DNA of 16,791 nucleotides, taken from NCBI GenBank assembly GCA_051745145.1, contig JBNJDT010000035.1, positions 1 to 16,791 on the forward strand, written 5' to 3'. Within the stretch, counting starts at the first letter, position 1. Each line of letters starts with the position of its first letter. Position numbers and translations under genes: made by a program. Below the pieces are notes generated by a model. The model was not told the origin of the DNA, did not search any database, and saw only the letters and a program-made list of their open reading frames with translations. Shown in pieces: positions 8,626 to 16,375 of the stretch. The stretch is from Elusimicrobiota bacterium. GTDB taxonomy: Bacteria > CG03 > SLGR01 > JAGXOG01.

Positions 8626-11571
8626 ATGAGAAATAAAGAAAAAGATAAGAATAATTCTAATAGAGAAGAGGCGGATTTCCCGGTAGTGGGAATAGGCTCG
8701 TCCGCCGGTGGGCTTGAAGCTCTAAACAGTTTTATGGACAATATGCCCGAGAAAGTGGGCATGGGCATAGTTTTAATTCCCCACCTTTCCCCGGATAAAG
8801 AGAGCTTGATGCATGATATTATCCAGAAACACACATCCATGGAGACCCTTCAGGCAGAGGATAATATGAGGGTTGAGCCCGATAAGGTCTATGTCATACC
8901 CCCGGGAAAAAAGATGACTTTGTTTAACGGAAAGTTACAGCTTGCCGAGCAGGGCGAAGAAGAAAAACACCGTGCGAAACATACCATAGATAATTTTTTT
9001 AGATCTTTAGCCTCGGATAAAAAAGACAAGGCAATAGGTATAGTTCTCTCAGGTACCGGTTCAGAGGGGGCCCTGGGAGCAAAAAAGATAAAAGGGAATG
9101 GAGGCCTGGTGTTAGTGCAAAGCCTGGACTCTGCCCAGTATACCAGTATGCCGGATGCCGCGATATCCACGGGGGTTGCAGACTATGTGATATCCCCTGA
9201 AGCAATGCCCGGGAAACTGGTGGATTATTCCCGGGGAATGGATGTGATAAAAGCACCTACTGAGGACCTTTCGAAGAAGAAAGGACATTTGAATAAAATT
9301 TTTATGGTGCTCCAGAAAAACACGGGAAACGATTTTTCAAAGTACAAGAGAACATCGGTAATAAGGCGTCTGGAGAAAAGGATGAGCGTGAACGGTATAA
9401 CCGAGATTGAAGATTACGTAAAATATCTTAAAGAAAATGACAGTGAAGTCCGGGCTTTATACAGAGATTTGCTCATTGGAGTAACCAGCTTTTTCAGAGA
9501 GCCGGAGGCATTTGAATTTTTAAAGAAGTCGGTGCTCCCCGAGATTTTTGAGGATAAGCCAAATAACGATACATTGCGGGTATGGATCCCCGGCTGCGCT
9601 ACCGGGGAGGAGGCGTATTCCCTGGCCATAATAATACTTGAATACATGGAAACTATAGAGAAAACTTACAAGATCCAATTGTTTGCCTCGGATATAAATG
9701 AAGAATTTTTAGAAAAGGCGAGAAAGGGAATATATCCGGAGACAATTTCTGCGGATGTGTCCCGGGAAAGACTTAAAAAGTTTTTTGATAAGAGAAAGAA
9801 CAGCTACAGAATAAAAAATTCAGTGAGAGAAAAGATTGTCTTTGCCCTGCAAAATGTATTAGAGGATCCCCCGTTCTCCAGGCTGGACATAATCAGCTGC
9901 AGAAATCTTATGATCTATCTCAGTTCGGAATTGCAGCGGAAAGCTCTTAATATTTTCAGTTTTTCACTTAACCGGGGCGGTATTTTATTCGTGGGTTCAT
10001 CCGAGAGCATCGGAAAGTCGACGGACCTCTTTTCAGTGGTAAATAAGAAGTGGAAAATATATGAAAATAAAGATACGGCGGATTATATGGATCTTCCCAC
10101 GGTCCCCCATATACTGAAGAGAAATGGCAGGGACTATGATTTTGAAGAAAAAGATAAAACATCCCCGAAAAATGAAGTCCAGGATATTGTTGAGGATACA
10201 ATTCTCAGGGAATTCGCCCCCCCGGCACTTATTATAAGCCGGGAGCATGAAATTTTATATATTCACGGGGATGTTGAAAAATACCTCCACATACCTGAGG
10301 GAAAAGTCAATATGGATGTAACCAACCTGGTCCGGGAGGATATTAAATTCGAGTTGAATAAACTGGTTATGGATTCATTGTCCGGGGAAAAAGAAAAATA
10401 TACCGAGAGTGGAGAACTGAAAACAGAAAATCAGGTTCATAGCATAAAGCTGACCATCCGCCGTATTGATAAATCATTTACGGAAAAAGAACTTTATCTG
10501 GTTGTATTTGAGGATAGGGGAAAAATCCGGCAATCGAAAGACAAAAAAGAGGGGAAAGAGAAGGAAAAAGAGGATAAAAAATACAAATATCTGGAGAAAA
10601 GGGTACTTGAATACCAGAAAAAGCTTGGAAAACTTAAATCCGAGCACGAAAGCTCAAGAGAAAAAATGCAGGCCATGAATGAAGAGCTTCAGTCCACAAA
10701 TGAAGAACTCCAGTCCACCAACGAAGAACTGGAAACTTCAAAGGAGGAGCTCCAGTCCCTTAATGAGGAATTGGTTACAGTTAATTCCGAGCTGCAGGAT
10801 AAAATTGACGATCTCGCTGAAGTAAACAACGACTTGAATAACCTTATTAACAGTACGGACATAGCTGTACTGTTTCTTGATTCCGATCTTAGTATCAGGC
10901 GTTTTACGCCCAGGGCAAAAGATGTGGCCAACTTAAGAGAAGGGGATCTGGGCCGTCCTCTTTCGGATATATCCCTCAATGTGGAGTACAGGGAAATATA
11001 CGGGGATGTCCGCCAGGTTATAGATTCTCTCAAATCCATACAAAAAGAGATAAAGGGCGAAGGGGGAGAATGGTATTCTGTCAGGCTCACCCCTTACAGA
11101 ACAGTTGATAATGTAATTGAAGGGGCAGTTGTGGTATTTACCGATATAACAGAGCTTAAAAAAAGCGAAATAGAGGCTGAGAAAAAAAGGGAATATACCG
11201 AATCGATAATTGAAACTTTAAGGGAGTCTATCTTAGTGCTGGATAAGGATTTAAGGGTGGTCTCGGCAAATAAAACTTTTTATGAGACTTTTAAAACCAC
11301 AGGAAAAGAAACTGTAGGGAAAAAAATAGATGAATTGGGAGACGGGCAGTGGAATATACCGGCCCTGAAAAAATTACTTAATCACATACTGCCCGAAAAA
11401 AATAAAGTAGACGATTTTGAAGTGGAACACAATTTCCCTGAAATCGGAAGAAAAAAGATGGTTTTAAATGCCCGTAAAATGGAAGATCCGTTTGACAGGG
11501 ATGAGAAGGAGCTTATATTTCTTGCAATCGAGGATATTACTTCCGTAAAAGGAAACTTTGATGAACGATAA
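8626..11571 (+). CDS. cheBR: CheB methylesterase-CheR methyltransferase fusion with coiled coil and PAS domains (CheBR)
   Basis: CheB part: VVGIGSSAGGLEAL, PHL, IDNFFRSLA, IVLSGTGSEG, SMP-x-AAI. CheR part: YKRTSVIRRLEKRM, IGVTSFFREPEAF, RVWIPGCATGEEAYSLAI, DIISCRNLMIYL. Then a PAS-like segment, NEELQST heptads and two C-terminal PAS domains. No receiver or kinase domain is visible. Confidence 0.93.
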   Translation: MRNKEKDKNNSNREEADFPVVGIGSSAGGLEALNSFMDNMPEKVGMGIVLIPHLSPDKESLMHDIIQKHTSMETLQAEDNMRVEPDKVYVIPPGKKMTLFNGKLQLAEQGEEEKHRAKHTIDNFFRSLASDKKDKAIGIVLSGTGSEGALGAKKIKGNGGLVLVQSLDSAQYTSMPDAAISTGVADYVISPEAMPGKLVDYSRGMDVIKAPTEDLSKKKGHLNKIFMVLQKNTGNDFSKYKRTSVIRRLEKRMSVNGITEIEDYVKYLKENDSEVRALYRDLLIGVTSFFREPEAFEFLKKSVLPEIFEDKPNNDTLRVWIPGCATGEEAYSLAIIILEYMETIEKTYKIQLFASDINEEFLEKARKGIYPETISADVSRERLKKFFDKRKNSYRIKNSVREKIVFALQNVLEDPPFSRLDIISCRNLMIYLSSELQRKALNIFSFSLNRGGILFVGSSESIGKSTDLFSVVNKKWKIYENKDTADYMDLPTVPHILKRNGRDYDFEEKDKTSPKNEVQDIVEDTILREFAPPALIISREHEILYIHGDVEKYLHIPEGKVNMDVTNLVREDIKFELNKLVMDSLSGEKEKYTESGELKTENQVHSIKLTIRRIDKSFTEKELYLVVFEDRGKIRQSKDKKEGKEKEKEDKKYKYLEKRVLEYQKKLGKLKSEHESSREKMQAMNEELQSTNEELQSTNEELETSKEELQSLNEELVTVNSELQDKIDDLAEVNNDLNNLINSTDIAVLFLDSDLSIRRFTPRAKDVANLREGDLGRPLSDISLNVEYREIYGDVRQVIDSLKSIQKEIKGEGGEWYSVRLTPYRTVDNVIEGAVVVFTDITELKKSEIEAEKKREYTESIIETLRESILVLDKDLRVVSANKTFYETFKTTGKETVGKKIDELGDGQWNIPALKKLLNHILPEKNKVDDFEVEHNFPEIGRKKMVLNARKMEDPFDRDEKELIFLAIEDITSVKGNFDER
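10678..10797 (+). repeat. Degenerate 21-bp/heptad repeat encoding NEELQST-NEELQST-NEELETS-KEELQSL-NEELVTV
   Basis: Visible in the DNA (aatgaagagcttcagtccaca / aatgaagaactccagtccacc / aacgaagaactggaaacttca) and in the translation. Confidence 0.9.
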
Positions 11572-12847
11572 AGATAGAAAAAAGATAAAGGATCTTAGAA
11601 AAAAAGCTAAGGAAAAAGTAGCCCGCCGGGATATTGATTTTGATAAGATTACCGAAGAGGAGATAGCCGATATTCTTCAGGAACTGGATATACACCAGGA
11701 AGAGCTTAGAATGCAAAACGAAGAGCTGCGTAAAACCCAGTTAGAACTGGAGGAGATATGGCACAAGTATTCAGATCTCTATGATTTTGCTCCCATAGGA
11801 TATTTTACATTTGATGAGAATATAGGGGTAAAAAATGTTAACCTTACCGGAGCGGATATGCTGGGAGTTGACCGCAGCGCTTTAATTGACAGGCCATTTT
11901 TGCCGTATGTAAAACCGGCCGACAGGGATCAATTTACCAAAGATATAAAGGCAGCTATCAATAAAGGGGTGAAAAAAAGCAGTGAGATAGAGCTCAGGGA
12001 CAAAAACAGGTCTGAATTATACGTTCAGGTTGAAAGCCGGTCATATAAAGAAAGGGGAAAAGAGACTTTCTGTTTTTCAACAGTTATGGATATAACTGAG
12101 AAGAAAAAGGCAAAAAAAGTTCTGGCCAGGGACAAGGAAACTCTCAAAAAACTGGTAGAAGAAAAGACTAAAGAACTGGACCGTTCAAAACATCTGGCCG
12201 AACTGGGAAAACTTGCCAGCGCCGTAGCTCATGAATTAAGAAATCCTCAGGGTACAATAAAAGTCAGTATGCACAACCTGAAACGAAAAAATGAAAACCC
12301 CGAAATTAATCCCCACATTCACCGCATAGAAAAGAAACTGCAGGAAGAGTCCCAAATAATAGATAATCTTCTCTCCTATGCCAAATTAAACGCCCCCCGT
12401 TTTGAAGAGGTGGACATTCGGAAAGTAATTAGAAATTGTCTGGAGGAGCTCAGGGAAAAAGAGGGGAATTGCAGTAAGTTTTTTAGGGAATCCATTACCG
12501 ACGAGACTCTCCTTGCCCGGATTGACAGTATCCAGATAACCCAGGTACTTTATAATATCTTAAATAACGCTTGTGACGCTGTTGACGATAAAGAAGGAGA
12601 TATAGAAATCCGGGCTTATAAAGACCGTAATGGCGATATTAAGATTATCTGCCGGGATAACGGTCCGGGCATGAATAAGGAAGTTGCCGAGAAAATAACA
12701 GAACCTTTCTTTACCACAAAAGCTAAAGGTACCGGCCTGGGGATGTCCATTTCCAAAACTTTAATAAAACAGCACAACGGCAGCCTGGATATAAATACAG
12801 AAAAAGGTAACGGGGCCCAAATAATAATAACCCTTCCTTCAGCATAA
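11561..12847 (+). CDS. Cytoplasmic PAS sensor histidine kinase (HisKA + HATPase_c)
   Basis: N-terminal coiled coil LQELDIHQEELRMQNEELR, PAS (DLYDFAPIGYFT...DIT), H-box AHELRNP, N-box NILNNACDA, G1 DNGPGM, F EPFFTTK, G2 GTGLG. Overlaps the cheBR stop. ATG 11561 follows AAAGGA (TTG 11558 is the alternative start). Confidence 0.93.
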   Translation: MNDKDRKKIKDLRKKAKEKVARRDIDFDKITEEEIADILQELDIHQEELRMQNEELRKTQLELEEIWHKYSDLYDFAPIGYFTFDENIGVKNVNLTGADMLGVDRSALIDRPFLPYVKPADRDQFTKDIKAAINKGVKKSSEIELRDKNRSELYVQVESRSYKERGKETFCFSTVMDITEKKKAKKVLARDKETLKKLVEEKTKELDRSKHLAELGKLASAVAHELRNPQGTIKVSMHNLKRKNENPEINPHIHRIEKKLQEESQIIDNLLSYAKLNAPRFEEVDIRKVIRNCLEELREKEGNCSKFFRESITDETLLARIDSIQITQVLYNILNNACDAVDDKEGDIEIRAYKDRNGDIKIICRDNGPGMNKEVAEKITEPFFTTKAKGTGLGMSISKTLIKQHNGSLDINTEKGNGAQIIITLPSA

Positions 12848-13083
12848 TCCTCCCCTCTGTTAGAGTATAGCATTTCACCGGTTAATTACCTCATTAAACC
12901 CCAAAAGTGGAAAAAAGATAGTTAATAGTGGTGTAAGCCGATTACAATCCCTCGATATAACTATTATACTATTTATGGGATAACATTGAATAAATTATAG
13001 GGGATACAGGTTTTGGGGGGATTTAATATCTATATTTCCTGTAAAAAATATTATTTTTAGATAAGTTAGGAGGGCTTCTAAAA

Positions 13084-15792
13084 ATGAGGGCGAAAGGTAA
13101 AAAAAATAAACCGGAAGTCACGGTATATTGTAAAAATATTATTGACTCCCTGAGAGAACCGGTTCTGGTTTTAAATAAAGCTCTGGAAATTGTATCTGCC
13201 AACCGGGCTTTCTGCTCTAAGTTTAATATTTCAGAAAAAGAAATCTTAGGTAAATCGTTTAATGAAATAGGAAACAAACAGTGGAATATACCGGAATTTC
13301 TCACCCTTTTAAAGAAAATTCTTCCCGGGAAAGAGATTATAAAAGACTATAAAGTAACTCGCGAGTTTGAGAATATTGGGCGTCGGACATTACATTTAAA
13401 TGCCTATAAGTTGCGCAGGCCAAAGGAGCCCGTAACAGAAAAAAAAGAATTGATTCTACTGACTATTGAAGATATCACCGAGCAGAGCCGTGAACGGGAA
13501 TCACTGGAAAAATCCGAAGAACGGTACCGGAGGGCTTTTGAAACTTCAAAAGACGGACTGCTTTTATTCAATAAGACTAAAGGAAATATTCTTGAATCCA
13601 ATGAATCCGCCAGAGATTTATTGGGATATACCGAAGATGAGTTTTTGGAAAAGAAAATCTGGGAAATGGGGGTGACAGAAGATTCTGAGGATTTTAAGGA
13701 GGTAATGAAGTCTCTGGAAAGAGACGGTATTTTTAACTACAGCGATATAAAAGTAAGGACTAAAGACGGCACAAAAATAGCGGCCGATGTCTTTTTAGTG
13801 GACCGGGCAAAAGTTGCCCAGTGCAATATCCGGGAAATCACAGAGAAAAAAAATGTCCAAAAAAAGTTGCGTGAAAGTGTAGAAAAATACAGAAAGCTTA
13901 CAGAAAACATCAATGATATAATAACCCTGACAGATAGAGAGGGAAACATACTTCACGGGAATAAAAGTCCCTATAAAGAGATACTGGGGTATGATATTAA
14001 GAATATTTTAGGGGAAAATGTATTTAAATATTTTCATCCGGAAGATAGAAATAAAGTAGTGAAAAAATTTAAAAAAGCTTTGGTAAGCAAAAAAGGGAGA
14101 GTGAAAGCAAGATACCGGTGTAAAGACGGCTCTTATAAATGGCTTGAATCTTCGGGCCGGGTATTGGGGAAAGAAAAGTTTCTCGTAGTGTCCAGGGATA
14201 TTAGCAGGCAGAAGATGATGGAGGAGAAAATTCGTGAAAGTGAGGAAAAGTATCGCAACCTGTTTGAAGGAACCCGCGATGCCCTCATGCTGTTGGACCG
14301 GGAGGGTTTTTTGGACTGCAACAAACAGACCCTTAAAATATTCGGTTTCGAGTCTATAGATAATTTCATTAATTATACGCCGTGGGAGCTTTCGCCGGAA
14401 ACACAGCCGGACGGAACGGCTTCAAAGCAGGCGGCCCAAAAGTACATGGAAACGGCTTTTAAGGTGGGGGAGACTTTTTTTGAATGGATTCACAAGCGTA
14501 GTGACGGGACGGAATTTCCCGCCGAGGTAAAACTCAGCAGGTTTCGGTTGGAGGGAAAACCGGTGTTGAGCGCCCTGGTGCGGGATATTACCGAGCGCAA
14601 AAAGGCTGAAGAGAAAAGAGAAAAACTTCAGGAACAGCTCTTACAATCTCAAAAGATGGATGCAATCGGAAAATTAACCGGTGGAGTCGCCCATGATTTT
14701 AACAATATAATTACCGCTATTAAGATGAGAGCCCAGATGCTTTTGGAGGAAGATTTGCCCGATGAAATAAAAAAGGATTTAAGGGAGATAGATAAAAGCT
14801 CGGACCGGTCTAAAAATCTTACCAAGCAGCTGCTCCAGTTCAGCAGAAAAACTACGGAGATAAAGGATATTATTAATTTAAATACAGTAATAGAAAATAC
14901 TTTAAATATGCTAGAAAGGACTATACCGGAAGATATAGATATTACTGCGAAGCTGGATGATAAATTAATGAAAATTAAGGCAGCCCCTTCAACCATGGAG
15001 CAGGTAATAATGAATCTGGCAATCAATGCCCGGGATGCCATGCCTGAGGGGGGAAAGATTAGTATAAAAACCGAAAACATAGAAGTAATTGCCAATAAAC
15101 TGCCCGTACCTGAAATAGAACCCGGAAAGTATGTTGAATTAACCGTTAAAGATAACGGGTCGGGGATGAAAGATGATATAAAAGACAAGATTTTTGACCC
15201 TTTTTTTACTACCAAAGGAGTAGCAAAAAATACGGGAATGGGGCTTTCAGTGGCCTATGGGGTGGTAAAAAGTTGTAAAGGAGGAATAAAGGTAGATTCA
15301 ACTGTGAATGAGGGAACCGGTATTAAAATTTTTTTACCGGTAGCGGAAGAAAAAGTAAAACAGCCAGAGAAAGCAAAAATTAAGACAAGAGAAAATAAGG
15401 AATTTTCCGCCGAAGGTTTGGGAGTACTTGTAATTGAAGATGAGGAAAGCGTAAGAGAAACCGTCCGTAAAATTTTTAAAAAAATGGGGTTTAAGATATA
15501 TACTGCTGCAACGGCGGGAGCGGCCCGGGAAGTATTTAAGAAGAATAGAGAAAATATAGATATTATATTTGCAGATATTATTTTGCCGGACGGTAATGGT
15601 GTGGAAGTGTCCGAAAATTTAAGAGACTTGAAAAACAGCTTGCAGATTGTCGCAACAAGCGGTTACATGTCTGATAAAATAGACCGGGAAGATATTTATA
15701 AAAAGGATTTTAAATTTATGGAAAAGCCTTTCAGTATTGAAAAAGTCCGAAAAATTTTTACCGGCCTAACCGCAGAGATTAAAAACAGATAG
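13084..15792 (+). CDS. Hybrid sensor kinase: 4xPAS-HisKA-HATPase_c-receiver (CckA-like core)
   Basis: Four PAS/PAC units ending EDIT, REIT, RDIS, RDIT. H-box GGVAHDFNN, NLAINARDAM, DNGSGM, FDPFFTTK. Receiver motifs VLVIEDE, FADIILP, TSGY, EKPF. SD AGGAGG at 13068-13073. Confidence 0.94.
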   Translation: MRAKGKKNKPEVTVYCKNIIDSLREPVLVLNKALEIVSANRAFCSKFNISEKEILGKSFNEIGNKQWNIPEFLTLLKKILPGKEIIKDYKVTREFENIGRRTLHLNAYKLRRPKEPVTEKKELILLTIEDITEQSRERESLEKSEERYRRAFETSKDGLLLFNKTKGNILESNESARDLLGYTEDEFLEKKIWEMGVTEDSEDFKEVMKSLERDGIFNYSDIKVRTKDGTKIAADVFLVDRAKVAQCNIREITEKKNVQKKLRESVEKYRKLTENINDIITLTDREGNILHGNKSPYKEILGYDIKNILGENVFKYFHPEDRNKVVKKFKKALVSKKGRVKARYRCKDGSYKWLESSGRVLGKEKFLVVSRDISRQKMMEEKIRESEEKYRNLFEGTRDALMLLDREGFLDCNKQTLKIFGFESIDNFINYTPWELSPETQPDGTASKQAAQKYMETAFKVGETFFEWIHKRSDGTEFPAEVKLSRFRLEGKPVLSALVRDITERKKAEEKREKLQEQLLQSQKMDAIGKLTGGVAHDFNNIITAIKMRAQMLLEEDLPDEIKKDLREIDKSSDRSKNLTKQLLQFSRKTTEIKDIINLNTVIENTLNMLERTIPEDIDITAKLDDKLMKIKAAPSTMEQVIMNLAINARDAMPEGGKISIKTENIEVIANKLPVPEIEPGKYVELTVKDNGSGMKDDIKDKIFDPFFTTKGVAKNTGMGLSVAYGVVKSCKGGIKVDSTVNEGTGIKIFLPVAEEKVKQPEKAKIKTRENKEFSAEGLGVLVIEDEESVRETVRKIFKKMGFKIYTAATAGAAREVFKKNRENIDIIFADIILPDGNGVEVSENLRDLKNSLQIVATSGYMSDKIDREDIYKKDFKFMEKPFSIEKVRKIFTGLTAEIKNR

Positions 15793-15820
15793 ATTTTTAG
15801 TTTTTAATTTATAAATAAAA

Positions 15821-15829
15821 TGGTATAAT
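15821..15829 (+). promoter_or_regulatory. Putative extended -10 promoter element (TGnTATAAT) upstream of cheD
   Basis: TGGTATAAT in the AT-rich intergenic gap, about 45 nt before the cheD start. Confidence 0.5.
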
Positions 15830-15874
15830 CTTTAAAGTAGGATCTATAAAAAAGTTACCGGATCTTATTTTAAA

Positions 15875-16375
15875 GTGATGCAGAATTTATTGAAGAGCAA
15901 GACCGTAAATGTGCCTACCGGCACAGTAAAAGTTTTAAAGGGAAGCTATGTTCTGAGAGCCTATGCCCTCGGGTCCTGTATAGGGGTTGCCGCTTGTTCT
16001 TCAAAAGAAAAAATAGGGGGACTCGCCCACGTAATGCTGCCCGGCAAAGCCCCCGACAAAAAAGACGTTACTACTAACAGATATGCGATAAACGCTTTAG
16101 AAAATTTATTTTCCCGGATGGAAAAACTCGGAGTCGATAAAAATTTAATCCGGGTCTGTATGGCCGGAGCCGGCAATGTGTTAAAGAAAAAGAATGATGT
16201 GATATGCAAAAAGAACATACTGTCAATTACCGAAGAACTGAAAAAATATAATTTACGGACAATTTTTAAGTTTACCGGCGGTACCCAAAGGTGGGGCCTT
16301 TCTCTTAATACGGTAACGGGCAGGGCTGTTGTATCAAACGGTAATACTTCCGATAAATATGTGGTAATTTTATGA
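15875..16375 (+). CDS. cheD: Chemoreceptor glutamine deamidase CheD
   Basis: LGSCIGV (catalytic Cys), GGLAHVMLP (catalytic His), RYA-x-x-A and TGG-x-x-R motifs, at a typical CheD length. The start is GTG 15875 or ATG 15878. Confidence 0.9.
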   Translation: MMQNLLKSKTVNVPTGTVKVLKGSYVLRAYALGSCIGVAACSSKEKIGGLAHVMLPGKAPDKKDVTTNRYAINALENLFSRMEKLGVDKNLIRVCMAGAGNVLKKKNDVICKKNILSITEELKKYNLRTIFKFTGGTQRWGLSLNTVTGRAVVSNGNTSDKYVVIL

